From positions 1,408,001-1,472,000 of the forward strand of contig CAWIKF010000002.1 of NCBI GenBank assembly GCA_963836755.1: a stretch of DNA of 64,000 nt, read 5' to 3'. This document shows positions 1 to 10,384 of the stretch, in pieces. Under the pieces are notes generated by a model. It was not told where the DNA came from and did no database searches. It saw only the letters and a list, made by a program, of their open reading frames with translations. The stretch's first letter is position 1. Each line of letters opens with the position of its first letter. This DNA is from an uncultured Verrucomicrobiae bacterium (GTDB lineage: Bacteria; Verrucomicrobiota; Verrucomicrobiia; Chthoniobacterales; Chthoniobacteraceae). The translations under genes were made by a program, and so were the position numbers.

Positions 1-1
1 C

Positions 2-163
2 AGCGTGCCGTGGATCGCCGGCGCCGTCATGCCCGTGGTCTGGAAACGCAAATGGGGCGCGGGCCGCATCTTTTATTCGTCGCTCGGGCACGTCGTCAAA
101 GACTTCGATGTGCCCGAAGTGCGCACGCTCATGCAGCGCGGGATGCTGTGGGCGAGTCGCTGA
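2..163 (+). CDS. ThuA-like domain protein, 3' end only
   Basis: Frame from base 2 reads [21 protein letters not shown]...[10 protein letters not shown], the typical ThuA C-terminus. Confidence 0.75.
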   Translation, partial: SVPWIAGAVMPVVWKRKWGAGRIFYSSLGHVVKDFDVPEVRTLMQRGMLWASR

Positions 164-186
164 ATCAGTGCTTTTGAAAAGCGACC

Positions 187-651
187 GTGGACGGTTCCGG
201 AAGAGTTAGTGCGGGCTTGCTCATGTTTCGCCAGCGCAGCGGCGCGTTGGAATTTTTGCTGGTTCATCCTGGAGGACCGTTCTTCGCGCGCAAAGACCTC
301 GGCGTTTGGACGATTCCGAAAGGCGAGGCGATGCCGGAGGAAAATCTGCTCGAGCGCGCAAAGATCGAGTTCGCGGAGGAACTTGGCGTGGAGGCGGCGG
401 GTAAATTTTTCTGGCTCGGTTCAATCAAGCAAAAAGGCGGGAAGACCGTGCATTCATGGGCCTTCGCGGGCGATTTCGCGGGCCCGCCGCGCAGCAATAC
501 CTTCGAGATGGAATGGCCGCCACGGTCCGGTCGTCGTCAAATTTTTCCCGAGATCGATCGCGCTGAATTTTTCCCGCTCGATGTTGCGTGCGAAAAAATC
601 AATCCGGCGCAACGGCCGTTCCTCGACCGTGTGGTCGAGCACCTCGCGTAG
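187..651 (+). CDS. NUDIX hydrolase
   Basis: LLVHPGGPFF..KD.G.W.IPKGE and Nudix-box-like AKIEFAEELG. Confidence 0.9.
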   Translation: MDGSGRVSAGLLMFRQRSGALEFLLVHPGGPFFARKDLGVWTIPKGEAMPEENLLERAKIEFAEELGVEAAGKFFWLGSIKQKGGKTVHSWAFAGDFAGPPRSNTFEMEWPPRSGRRQIFPEIDRAEFFPLDVACEKINPAQRPFLDRVVEHLA

Positions 652-701
652 TCGCATCGTCACTTGCACGCCGCGAAATTGTTTGCTTCTATCTGCGCCT
701 T

Positions 702-1862
702 ATGTCTACCGAAGCCGCCGTCGCTACGCCATACTCGCGCAAAAATCCATTCCCGGCGCCGATGGCCGTCAATCGCCGGCTCACGGGCGACGGCTCGGAA
801 AAAGATACGCGGCATTTTGAACTTTCACTTGCCGGTTCTGGCGTGAAATACGAGGTCGGTGATTCGCTCGGCGTCTTCGCGAAAAACGATCCCCAGCTGG
901 TCGATGAAATCATCCACGCCCTCCACGCGAGCGGCGATGAAATCGTCGCCGGATGCGATGGCGGGCAAAAGCCGCTGCGCGAGGCGCTGATCACCGATTA
1001 CCAAATCACGCAGCCGTCGAAGCAATTCATCCAGCACCTCGCGGAGCAGGGCGGCGAGGCCACCCCGCTGCTGCGCGAGCTGATGGATCCGATCCGCAAA
1101 GGCGATCTCGAGGAATATTTGTGGGGCATGGAATACATCGACTTTCTCGTCGATCATCCGTCGATTCATTTCACTCCGGAAACTTTTGTAAAACTTTTGC
1201 GCAAACTCCAACCGCGCCTTTACTCCATCGCCTCCAGTCAGAAAGTGCATGACGAAGCAGTGCATTTGACCATCGCTGTGGTGCGCTACGAATCGCACGG
1301 CCGCGCGCGCAAAGGCGTCGCCTCGACCTACCTCGCGGAGCGCGTCGGAGATCAGGATCGCGTATCAGTTTTCGTGCACACCGCAAAAGGTTTTCGTCCG
1401 CCGGAAGATGGCAACACGCCGATCATCATGATCGGGCCGGGCACTGGCATCGCGCCGTTCCGCGCTTATTTGCAGGAGCGAAAGGCGACGGGCGCGGCTG
1501 GAAAAAATTGGCTTTTCTTCGGCGAGCAGCGCGAGAAAAGCGATTTTCTTTACCGCGACGAATTTCAGCAGTTGCAGGCCGACGGTGTGCTCACCCGGTT
1601 CGACACCGCATTCTCACGCGACCAGCCGCACAAAGTTTACGTGCAGAATCGAATGCTGGAAAATGCCGCGGAAATCTGGAAATGGATTGATGCTGAAGGC
1701 GCGCAGATCTTTGTGTGCGGCGACGCGATGCGCATGGCGAAAGACGTGGACGCCGCGCTGCATAAAATCATCGCGACCGAGGGCGGCAAAAATCCCGAGG
1801 AAGCGGCGCAATATGTCGAGGAATTGAAAAAGGCGAAGCGCTACAAGCGCGACGTTTACTAA
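702..1862 (+). CDS. cysJ: Sulfite reductase flavoprotein-like (FAD/NADPH domains only, no flavodoxin domain)
   Basis: PRLYSIASS, MIGPGTGIAPFR, VCGDA.RMAKDV and C-terminal RYKRDVY; start moved to ATG 702. Confidence 0.8.
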   Translation: MSTEAAVATPYSRKNPFPAPMAVNRRLTGDGSEKDTRHFELSLAGSGVKYEVGDSLGVFAKNDPQLVDEIIHALHASGDEIVAGCDGGQKPLREALITDYQITQPSKQFIQHLAEQGGEATPLLRELMDPIRKGDLEEYLWGMEYIDFLVDHPSIHFTPETFVKLLRKLQPRLYSIASSQKVHDEAVHLTIAVVRYESHGRARKGVASTYLAERVGDQDRVSVFVHTAKGFRPPEDGNTPIIMIGPGTGIAPFRAYLQERKATGAAGKNWLFFGEQREKSDFLYRDEFQQLQADGVLTRFDTAFSRDQPHKVYVQNRMLENAAEIWKWIDAEGAQIFVCGDAMRMAKDVDAALHKIIATEGGKNPEEAAQYVEELKKAKRYKRDVY

Positions 1863-3901
1863 AAAAGCGACGGCTGCTCGCTCGGCGCTGGCGCGATAAA
1901 TGCCGCGAACTTTTTCACGAGGTCGTTCAATTTGGCGACGTAGTATTCGACGTTTTCATCGCGCGCGTCCGCGCTCCACGCGCTCGCGAGCTTCGCGTTT
2001 TCGTAGGCCGAGACATTTTTTTTCGTCCCGGTGATGTAGTAGCTGACTTGATCGCCGGGCTGATAGCGATGCGTGCTGGCGAGCGCCAGCTCATAGGCGG
2101 CGGCGCGATTGCGGGAACTGCCGGTGATTTTTTTTTGATATTGCACCAGCGAATCCTGGAGCGTGTCCGTCTTCATCAGCCAGTCGATCGTCCATGCGCG
2201 GCTGCGAATTTTGTTCTCAAAATCAGCATGTAACTTTGCCACGTCGGCGGCTTTTTCCTGCATCAGCAAACGAATCATTTGCTCGAGAAAAACGCGCTGA
2301 AATTTTTCGAGTCCACGCGATTTCAATGCTCCTCCGCGCAGCGTCATTTCCCCATCGCCCGCCAGCAGCGCATAATTTTTCGCCTTGTAGGAAAACATTG
2401 CTTCGTAGCGCTCATCGAATTCGATTTCGATTCCACTCGGCAAAATTTCTTCGAGCCCGCGCTGCAAAACTTCCAGTGCATTTTCGCCATTCGGCGGAAC
2501 GAAATAAATGCCGTCAGTGTCGATCTCGATGACTTGTGCCCCGAGCTCCTGCAAGCGCGCAACCATCTGTTTAAGCAGGTCGCGACCCGTTTGTGTGACG
2601 CGGGCGGCGGCTTCAAAATCGGCGAAATGCGCCTGCGCGAAACCGAGATAGCCGTAAAAGGAATTGATCAGGATTTTAAACGTTGTTTGCAGCGCGTTGA
2701 AACCGGCGCGCTCGTTGTTGCCGCTCGCGTTGCGCATGGCTGTTTTCGCCTCGAGCCGAAATTTCCGAAGATCGGTGAGCAGGCCGCGAAAAATTTGCAG
2801 CCGATCCTGCGCGGGAAAACAATCAAAGCGGAGCATCACGCTCGGGTAAAGCGAAGCGACGTCGCAGTGCCAGACGTTGCGCGCGACGCCGGTGAAAAAA
2901 ATGTCCGTGTAGCCGCCTTCAAATGCACGCGCTTCGGGCAAATCGGGAATGGAATGTTCGCGTCGGAAGTATTCGCGCAGCAGCAGCGCATCGATCTTCG
3001 TCGCGTTTCCGCGCACGACGACGTCCTGGTAATTGTAGGGAAAAATTTTTGCCTGCACGAAATAGCTGGCGCCCAGCATTGAAGCCAGTTCGCGCGTCTG
3101 CGCCGCTGCGCCTTTGCCTGCGCAATGGCAATGCGCGGCGACATCGGTGAGCTCAAAACTTTCCAGCGCGCGCGCGCTCACGTCGTAAAATTGCGCGAGC
3201 AAAAACGTGTCGACGAAATGCCGGCCGTGCACTTCGAACTTCGGGTAATTGATGGTTTTTTCCGCGATCTGTAGTCGAGACGCGCGGCTCGTGAGCAGGC
3301 TTCCATCGCGTCCCCACGAAAGTTTTACTTTTGCATTTTTCGCGCGCGCGACCAGCGACGGAAGAATTTTTTTGAAAAGGTCGTGACCCTCGATGACATC
3401 CGGGTCGTGCTCGCGGATCAAGGTGCAGAGCCGTGCCGCGGCATTGTGCTCAATGACTTCTTCAAAACCGGAGCCGTCGGCGACGATGAGCGTGCCGCCT
3501 TCAATGGCGAGTTGCATACGCCTGAGTTCGGCAAATTCCATTCCCTTGAAAAGCGTCATTCCGCTCGCGAGCAAAAATTGCTGAATCGGATCGCTCAGCG
3601 CAAAAGTTTTGACGCCACCGCCTTTGAAACCGATGCGCAGTTTTGTAAAGGCGCCCCAGCTTTCGCATTCGATGAGGTATCGCAGCGGCAGATCGCCGCT
3701 GAGCTGTCGCGTGGTGACGCCCGGCGCTTCGACTGGAGAATTGGCCCACACGAATGGGCGCAAAGTTTCGCGACGCGTCGCGGTCGTCGCATCCGAGGAG
3801 CGGATCAGCAGATCGATGCCGCTTTCGCCATCGAATTCCGCGGCGATGATTCGCTCGGTGGGATCATGGCCGAAGAGCGTTTTGTTTTCCTCGAATGCCA
3901 T
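1859..3901 (-). CDS. Family B DNA polymerase
   Basis: DVASLYPS, KILINSFYGYLG and IDTDG motifs; exonuclease region short and degenerate. Confidence 0.9.
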   Translation of the reverse strand: MAFEENKTLFGHDPTERIIAAEFDGESGIDLLIRSSDATTATRRETLRPFVWANSPVEAPGVTTRQLSGDLPLRYLIECESWGAFTKLRIGFKGGGVKTFALSDPIQQFLLASGMTLFKGMEFAELRRMQLAIEGGTLIVADGSGFEEVIEHNAAARLCTLIREHDPDVIEGHDLFKKILPSLVARAKNAKVKLSWGRDGSLLTSRASRLQIAEKTINYPKFEVHGRHFVDTFLLAQFYDVSARALESFELTDVAAHCHCAGKGAAAQTRELASMLGASYFVQAKIFPYNYQDVVVRGNATKIDALLLREYFRREHSIPDLPEARAFEGGYTDIFFTGVARNVWHCDVASLYPSVMLRFDCFPAQDRLQIFRGLLTDLRKFRLEAKTAMRNASGNNERAGFNALQTTFKILINSFYGYLGFAQAHFADFEAAARVTQTGRDLLKQMVARLQELGAQVIEIDTDGIYFVPPNGENALEVLQRGLEEILPSGIEIEFDERYEAMFSYKAKNYALLAGDGEMTLRGGALKSRGLEKFQRVFLEQMIRLLMQEKAADVAKLHADFENKIRSRAWTIDWLMKTDTLQDSLVQYQKKITGSSRNRAAAYELALASTHRYQPGDQVSYYITGTKKNVSAYENAKLASAWSADARDENVEYYVAKLNDLVKKFAAFIAPAPSEQPSLF

Positions 3902-3998
3902 CGCGCAGAATATCGAATGAGGCCGCACGGCTGACTAGGGGAAATGCGCGCAAAGATTTCACGCGCAGCCCAAGACTCAGCGGCGATTTAAACACTGT

Positions 3999-4160
3999 AT
4001 GAAAAAACTAATGAAACTGACAGCAGGGTTGATTCTTCTGGCTGGCGTGAGTGCGTGCAGCAATTCGCCGCAGCAGACGACGTCGCCCAGCGGTTCAAAT
4101 TCCACGACGCATGGCACGGCGAAAAGTGGAATGCCAAGCGGCCCGAACAGCGGGATGTAG
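3999..4160 (+). CDS. Small lipoprotein (53 aa; absent from ORF track)
   Basis: MKKLMKLTAGLILLAGVSAC lipobox, then Ser/Thr/Gly-rich tail. Confidence 0.65.
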   Translation: MKKLMKLTAGLILLAGVSACSNSPQQTTSPSGSNSTTHGTAKSGMPSGPNSGM

Positions 4161-4257
4161 CATATCGAGGCAGGCGCGCCTCAGCCGGAATTGCGTTCTC
4201 CCCCGACGATTCCGGTTTTCCCGCAGACGGATGTCTGCGACCCGTCGAACAATTTGC

Positions 4258-4300
4258 AAAAAAAAGCGGCGTCCCGTGAAAGGACGCCGCTTTGATTTTT
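4258..4300. terminator. Bidirectional intrinsic terminator
   Basis: AAAGCGGCGTCC-cgtgaaa-GGACGCCGCTTT flanked by A and T tracts, downstream of rplQ. Confidence 0.85.
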
Positions 4301-4308
4301 AATCGTAA

Positions 4309-4830
4309 TTACTCGCCAGCGCCTTCCGCTTTTTCGGAAGATTCGGAGGCTTCAGCTTTTGATTTTTTCGCGCGCGGCTTCTTCTCCTTTGCCGCGGCTT
4401 CCGCGGCGGCAGGTGCCTTGCGGGACTTTGCCTTCGAAGGTTTTTCTTCGATCGCTGGCTCGTCGGCAGCGGGCGCGTCTACCCATTCAATGAAGGCCAT
4501 CGGCGCGGCATCGCTCTTGCGAAAACCGAGCTTGACGATGCGCGTGTAACCGCCCTGGCGCGAGGCAGAGCGGGGCGCGACTTCTGCGAAAAGTTTCTTC
4601 ACGGCGCCTTCGTTGTGCATGAGGTAGGAAAGCGCGGTGCGGCGCGCGTGCAGCGTATTTTTTTTGCCGAGCGTAATCATTCGCTCCGCAAGCGGGCGCA
4701 CGGCCTTGGCTTTCGCGAGTGTGGTTTTGATGCGGTTGTGCTCGATCAAGCTCACGATTTGATTCGCGAGCAGCGCGTCGCGATGCGATTGCGAGCGGCC
4801 GAGTTTGACGGTTTTATTTTGATGTCGCAT
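4309..4830 (-). CDS. rplQ: 50S ribosomal protein L17
   Basis: KLGR..SHR.ALL, IKTTLAKAK, GGYTRIVKLG. Confidence 0.98.
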   Translation of the reverse strand: MRHQNKTVKLGRSQSHRDALLANQIVSLIEHNRIKTTLAKAKAVRPLAERMITLGKKNTLHARRTALSYLMHNEGAVKKLFAEVAPRSASRQGGYTRIVKLGFRKSDAAPMAFIEWVDAPAADEPAIEEKPSKAKSRKAPAAAEAAAKEKKPRAKKSKAEASESSEKAEGAGE

Positions 4831-4848
4831 GGACGGCGGGTCTCTCGA

Positions 4849-5868
4849 TCACTCGGCGGCAACGACCGGCTGCGCATCGCTGTTTTCAATGATGCTGCCG
4901 TCAAATTTCATCCCGAGCGATAGGTTGAGCGCGGTGAGTTTGTCTTTGATTTCGTTCAGCGATTTCTTGCCGAAGTTGCGATACTTCAACATTTCCGCCT
5001 CGGACTTTTGCGCGAGCTGGCCGACGGTTGTGATGTTTGCGTTGTTTAAACAGTTTGCTGCACGAACACTGAGCTCGATTTCGTTGACGCTCATCGCAAG
5101 CAATTTTTTGAGCTTCTGGTTTTCCTGGCTTTGTGCCTGCGGCGTTTCGTCAAACTGCACCGCGTTTTCATCGTAGCCGTAGAAGGGCTCGAAGTGCCGC
5201 TTCAAAATCGACGACGCCTGCACGAGTGCGTCCTGCGGCGTGATGCGGCCATCGGTCCAGATCTCGATTTCGAGCTTGTCGTAATCGGTGCGCTGGCCGA
5301 CGCGCGTGTTGCCGACGGCATATTTCACGCGAGTCACTGGTGAAAAAATCGAGTCGATCGGGATGACGCCGATCGGCTGGTCAGCGTGTTTGTTTTCATC
5401 GCCGGTGGCAAAGCCGCGACCGACGCGGACTTCGAGCTCGGCCTCAAATTTCGTCTTTTTGTCGAGCGTGCAGATGAGCTGGTCTTTGTTTAACACTTCG
5501 CAACCGGTCACTTCCTTGATATCGCCGGCGGTGACTTCACCTTCCTTGTTCACGTTGATGGAGAGTGTGCGCGGCTCGTGATCGTGCGTGGTGAATTTGA
5601 TTTTTTTCAAGTTCAACACGATGTCGGTCACGTCTTCGACGACGTGAGGGAGCGTGGCGAACTCGTGCTGCGCGCCATTGATGCGGACCGATGTGATCGA
5701 TGCGCCCTCGAGCGAGCTGAGTAGAACGCGGCGGAGTGAGTTGCCGACGGTGTGACCGTAACCGGCCTCGAAAGGCTCGGCAATGAACCGAGCGTAATTA
5801 TCTGTGGCCGACTTCTCCTCTTTGACGAGATTTTTCGGGATTTCGAAACGACCTAAACGAACTGGCAT
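4849..5868 (-). CDS. rpoA: RNA polymerase alpha subunit
   Basis: EPFEAGYGHTVGNSLRRVLLSS; CTD ELSVRAANCL..NFGKKSLNEIK. Confidence 0.98.
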   Translation of the reverse strand: MPVRLGRFEIPKNLVKEEKSATDNYARFIAEPFEAGYGHTVGNSLRRVLLSSLEGASITSVRINGAQHEFATLPHVVEDVTDIVLNLKKIKFTTHDHEPRTLSINVNKEGEVTAGDIKEVTGCEVLNKDQLICTLDKKTKFEAELEVRVGRGFATGDENKHADQPIGVIPIDSIFSPVTRVKYAVGNTRVGQRTDYDKLEIEIWTDGRITPQDALVQASSILKRHFEPFYGYDENAVQFDETPQAQSQENQKLKKLLAMSVNEIELSVRAANCLNNANITTVGQLAQKSEAEMLKYRNFGKKSLNEIKDKLTALNLSLGMKFDGSIIENSDAQPVVAAE

Positions 5869-6011
5869 GATGTGCTTTCTTTTTTCGCCGGGTTTCCCTT
5901 GACGCGTGCGGCGGCGACAGGAATCGCCAGCCCAAGGACCTACGGCGCTTTCAATTTTCGCGCTTGGGAGGGGAGAGCAAAGCGCGGGATCGCCTCGCTG
6001 TCCAGACTTTT

Positions 6012-7706
6012 TTACATCCTGAACAGCGCGCCCATCTTTTTCCCAATGATGCGGCTCGCGGCGAGAATCGTAAGCGCGAGGAAAACCATCGCCCAGACGC
6101 CGAGCGCGGAGGCGATGTAGCGGCCTTCGCCGAGCAGTTGGAAAAGTTCGTAGATCGCTTTCGTGATTGGGAAATTTGCGGACTTTTGCGCGAGGATCAG
6201 TGAGTCGGAAACTTCGAGCATCGCGAACGAAAATGCGAGCAGGCCGCCCGCGATGAGGTTGGCAGTGATCAGCGGCAGCGTGATTTTTTGCAACGTCCGC
6301 AGCGGCGACGCGCCGAGATTTTGCGCAGCCTCCTCGAGCGTCACGCTCGTCTGCTGCAGCCCCGCCGCCGATGCGCGGACGGTGTAAGGCAGCCGCCGCA
6401 CGGCATAGGCGATGATGAGCAGCGCCGTCGGGTTGTTGCGCGGATCGAGGAATGCAAAGGCTTTTCCTTCCTGGGTCATCGCGAGATAGCCGAACGCCAG
6501 CACCACGCCTGGCACCGCCAGCGGCAGCATCGTCAGCGCGTCGAGCGCCGCGCGGCCAGCGAGCCGAGTGCGCACGAGCACGTAAGCGATGGCGACACCG
6601 AACACGATGTCGAACACCGCCGATGCGCTCGCGTATTTCAAACTGTTGATGATCGAAGGCACTGCGAGGTCGTGGCTGAGGGCATTTTTATAATGCGCGA
6701 GCGTCCAGCTTTCCGGCAGCACGGCACCATACCAGTCGCCCGCGAATGAGGTCAGCACCACGCCGACATGCGGCAGCAGCGCGAGCACGACGACGCCCGC
6801 AAAGGCGCACCAGCAAAGGACCGCGCGCCATCCGTGCAAGTGCGTGACCACTCGCGCTTTTCCGGCTTTCACGATCATCGCCGGCGTTTCGCGGCCGAAG
6901 GCCAGCTTGCTCCCGAGATAAAACAGCGCGGTCGTCACGAGCGTCACGACCACCAGCGCGTAGGGCAGCGGATTGCCGCTGATTTCTTTGATGCCATAAA
7001 AAATCTGCACCGGCGTGACCCGCGTGTAATCGAACATGAGCGGGACGCCGAGCTCCGTGAAAGCCCAGATGAAAACGATCGTGCCGCCCGCGAACAGCCC
7101 GGGCATGATCAACGGGAGTGTGATTTTGTAGAACTTCCAAAAACCGGTGCAGCCAAGGTTTTCGGCCGCTTCCTCCATCGCCGGATCGATGTTGCCGAGC
7201 GCCGCGACAAGGTTCAAATAAAGCACCGGATAAAGGTGAAGCGCATTGAGCGCGACGATTCCCCAGAAGCGCCCGCGGCCAAGCCAGTCGATCGCCACCG
7301 ACGGGTCGAGCAGGCCGAGATGATGCAGCACCGCGTTAAGCGCGCCCATTTGTCCGAGGATGTGCCGCACGCCGATCGCGCCGACAAATGGTGGCAAAAT
7401 CATTGGAACCAGCAGCAACGTCGCGAAAACTTTTTTGCCAAAAAACTCAAACCGATCCGCCAGCCACGCCAGCGGCAGCGCAAGCGCGAGAGCCGCCAGC
7501 GTGCTCGCCACCGCGAGCAGCAGCGCATTTCTCAAGCCCTCGAGATAAACGTGATTGCGAAAAACCTCCGCGAAATAAATCAGCGTCGGCTTTCCATTCG
7601 CATCGATGAGCGCGCCGCGCACTGTCTCGCAAATCGGCCAGACGAGGAAGCATCCGAGAAAAGCGGCAGCCAGCAGCCAGACGAGCAGCGCGAGACGACG
7701 AGGCAT
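6012..7706 (-). CDS. Fe3+/thiamine-type ABC transporter permease
   Basis: Two EEAA.NLG loops and many TM helices. Confidence 0.88.
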   Translation of the reverse strand: MPRRLALLVWLLAAAFLGCFLVWPICETVRGALIDANGKPTLIYFAEVFRNHVYLEGLRNALLLAVASTLAALALALPLAWLADRFEFFGKKVFATLLLVPMILPPFVGAIGVRHILGQMGALNAVLHHLGLLDPSVAIDWLGRGRFWGIVALNALHLYPVLYLNLVAALGNIDPAMEEAAENLGCTGFWKFYKITLPLIMPGLFAGGTIVFIWAFTELGVPLMFDYTRVTPVQIFYGIKEISGNPLPYALVVVTLVTTALFYLGSKLAFGRETPAMIVKAGKARVVTHLHGWRAVLCWCAFAGVVVLALLPHVGVVLTSFAGDWYGAVLPESWTLAHYKNALSHDLAVPSIINSLKYASASAVFDIVFGVAIAYVLVRTRLAGRAALDALTMLPLAVPGVVLAFGYLAMTQEGKAFAFLDPRNNPTALLIIAYAVRRLPYTVRASAAGLQQTSVTLEEAAQNLGASPLRTLQKITLPLITANLIAGGLLAFSFAMLEVSDSLILAQKSANFPITKAIYELFQLLGEGRYIASALGVWAMVFLALTILAASRIIGKKMGALFRM

Positions 7707-7771
7707 GCGGCGTCATATCAATCCGGCCGCCGGATGGCCAGCCCACAGCCCCACTATTTTTCGGAAAAAAG

Positions 7772-7844
7772 TGGAGGTAAGGGGATTCGAACCCCTGGCC
7801 TCTTCATTGCGAACGAAGCGCTCTACCAACTGAGCTATACCCCC
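7772..7844 (-). tRNA. tRNA-Ala (anticodon CGC)
   Basis: GGGGGTATAGCTCAGTTGGTAGAGCG-CTTCG-TTCGCAA-TGAAG...GGTTCGAATCCC cloverleaf; CCA not encoded. Confidence 0.96.
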
Positions 7845-8038
7845 TTTTGATCGGGCTGCCGGATGAGTTTTGGCGTCGCGCCCACAACCATCGAACAGCG
7901 CTTATTATGCGTGGGCAAAACGCGAGGGCAAATAGAAAAACGGTTCTACGGAAAAATCGCGATTGTCCGCGCGATATTCCGATTTTCAAAATTCGTTTCG
8001 GAAGTTAACGTCGCCGCTGCTCGATTCGAATCAAACTT

Positions 8039-9424
8039 ATGTCCTCCCAAAATCCCCCCGAAACTTCCTCCGTCTTCTTTGTTCTTTTTGCCACATGCGT
8101 CACCGCGATTGGCGGATTTTTATTTGGCTACGACACGGCCGTCATCAATGGAGCGAACTCTTTTTTGAAGGCGCACATGCACCTCAATTCCACACAGGAA
8201 GGGCTCGCGGGCGCGAGCGCGATCCTGGGCTGCATCCCGGGCGCAATGTTCGCCGGCTTTCTCAGCGATCAATTCGGCCGCAAGCGAATGCTTTTTCTCT
8301 GCGCATTTCTTTACGCAATTTCCGGGATATTTTCCGCGCTCGCGGTGACCTTTGATCAATTCCTCGTCGCGCGCATCATCAGCGGCCTCGGCATCGGCGC
8401 GTCGTCGATGATCTGCCCGGTCTACATCGCGGAGATCGCGCCGGAAAAATGGCGCGGTCGACTCGGGACGCTGTTTCAGCTCGGCATCGTGACCGGAATT
8501 TTTCTCACGCTTTTCATCAACAAAGTCATCCAGAACTCCGGCGATGACGCATGGAATATCGCCGTCGGTTGGCGCTGGATGCTCGGGATGGAAGTGTTGC
8601 CCGCGGTCATTTTCATCCTCCTGCTTTTCGCGGTGCCGGAAAGTCCGCGCTGGCTCGCGCAAAAAGGTCGCGAGGAGGAGGCGCGCTCGATTTTGGAAAA
8701 AGTGGATGGACCCGCGCACGCCGAGGTCGAGATGAATGCGATCCGCGAAGCGTCGCTCCGCGAGGAAGGCCGATTTTCCGAGCTTTTCACGGGCAACTTT
8801 TTCCGACCGCTCGTCCTCGCCGTGCTGCTCATGGCCTTCTCCCAATTCTGCGGCATCAACGCGATCGTGTATTACTCGACGAAAATTTTCGCGGCGGCTG
8901 GCGGCAGCACGAACTCCGCCTTCAACTCCTCCGTCTGGGTCGGGCTCATCAATCTTCTTTTCACTTTTGTCGCCATCGGTTTCGTCGATAAAGCCGGCCG
9001 GCGTCCGCTGCTGCTGATCGGCACGGCCGTGCAAACGATCGCGCTCGGTCTCGTCGGCTGGATGTTTCACACCGGCACAAGCGGTCTGCCGCTGCTGCTC
9101 GGCGTCGTGCTTTTCATCGCCGCATTTGCAATGGCGATGGGCCCGATTGGCTGGCTGTTTTGCTCGGAAGTTTTTCCGAATAAAGTGCGTGGTCGCGCGA
9201 TGTCCATCGCGGCGTTTGCGATTTGGGTTTCCTGTTACATCGTCGCGCAAACCTTCCCGATGTTGAACGACAGCCCATCGATCGGCCCCGCGATGACCTT
9301 CTGGATTTACGGCGCCGTCAGCTTGCTCTCGTTTCTTTTCGTCCTCTCGGCAATTCCGGAAACGAAAGGCCGGACGCTTGAGGAAATCGAGCAAATGTGG
9401 AACGAAAAAGCGCGGCGCGCGTGA
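8039..9424 (+). CDS. Sugar porter family MFS transporter
   Basis: GGFLFGYDTAVI, PESPRWL, PETKGRTLEEI. Confidence 0.95.
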   Translation: MSSQNPPETSSVFFVLFATCVTAIGGFLFGYDTAVINGANSFLKAHMHLNSTQEGLAGASAILGCIPGAMFAGFLSDQFGRKRMLFLCAFLYAISGIFSALAVTFDQFLVARIISGLGIGASSMICPVYIAEIAPEKWRGRLGTLFQLGIVTGIFLTLFINKVIQNSGDDAWNIAVGWRWMLGMEVLPAVIFILLLFAVPESPRWLAQKGREEEARSILEKVDGPAHAEVEMNAIREASLREEGRFSELFTGNFFRPLVLAVLLMAFSQFCGINAIVYYSTKIFAAAGGSTNSAFNSSVWVGLINLLFTFVAIGFVDKAGRRPLLLIGTAVQTIALGLVGWMFHTGTSGLPLLLGVVLFIAAFAMAMGPIGWLFCSEVFPNKVRGRAMSIAAFAIWVSCYIVAQTFPMLNDSPSIGPAMTFWIYGAVSLLSFLFVLSAIPETKGRTLEEIEQMWNEKARRA

Positions 9425-10384
9425 CGATCCTCGCCTGCGATCTCGGCGGCACGCGCATGAAGATCGGCGTGGTGCGCGACGGCCGCGTGCTCGCGAACAC
9501 GGTCGCCCCTTCCAACGCGAAACAAGGTCTCGCGCCGCAACTGCCGGTGCTGAAAAATGCGTGGCTGCAGTTGCTCGATGAAGTGCATTTGACCGCGGCC
9601 GACTGCGCCGGGATCAGCATGGCATTCCCGAGTTTTGTCGAGCCGGCAACCGGTCGCGTGCTCGCGGAATTTGGAAAGTTCGCCGACGCGATGGAGATGG
9701 ATCTGCGTGGTTGGGCGCAGCGCGAAATGGCTTTGCCTTTGGCGATTGAAAACGACGCGCGGATGGCGCTGGTCGGCGAATGGAAACATGGCGCGGGCGA
9801 GGGCGCGCGCGACCTCGTGATGATCACGCTCGGCACCGGCATCGGCACGGCCGCGGTCATCGATGGGCGGCTGCTGCGCGGTCGGCACTTCAAGGCGGGC
9901 GTGCTGGGCGGACACATGTCTGTTCATTATGCGGGCCGCCCGTGCCATTGCGGAAATATCGGCTGCACGGAAACGGAAGCATCCACGGCATTCCTCGCCG
10001 AACTCGCGACAGCGCGCGCCGATTTCGCCGCGAGTGCGCTCGCGCGCGAACCCGTGCTCGACTTTGCCGCAGTCTTCAAACTCGCGTCGGACGGCGACGC
10101 CTGCGCAGTCGCTTTGCGCGATCATAGTCTGCGCGTCTGGGCGACCCTCGCGGTGAATTTAATCCACGCCTTTGATCCGGAGATCGTGATTCTCGGCGGC
10201 GGCATCATGGCGAGCGCGGACGTCATCGTCCCGGCGATCGGCCGTTACGTGAACGAGCATGCGCAAACGCAAACGGGCCGCGTCGGAAATCGTGAAATCA
10301 AAACTCGGCGACGATGCGGCGCTGGTCGCCGGTGAATGGCTGCTCGCGGAACAATTTCCAAATTTAGAAATGGCTGCGAAATGA
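9421..10384 (+). CDS. ROK family sugar kinase, frameshifted near 10286
   Basis: DLGGT, ENDA, TLGTGIG, C.CGNIGCTE; conserved end LGDDAALVAG lies in another frame and stops at 10384. Confidence 0.85.

Noticed and set aside
7772..7844. tRNA as prophage attachment site
   Set aside because: No duplicated tRNA end and no site-specific integrase; the prophage is 13 kb away and transposase-based
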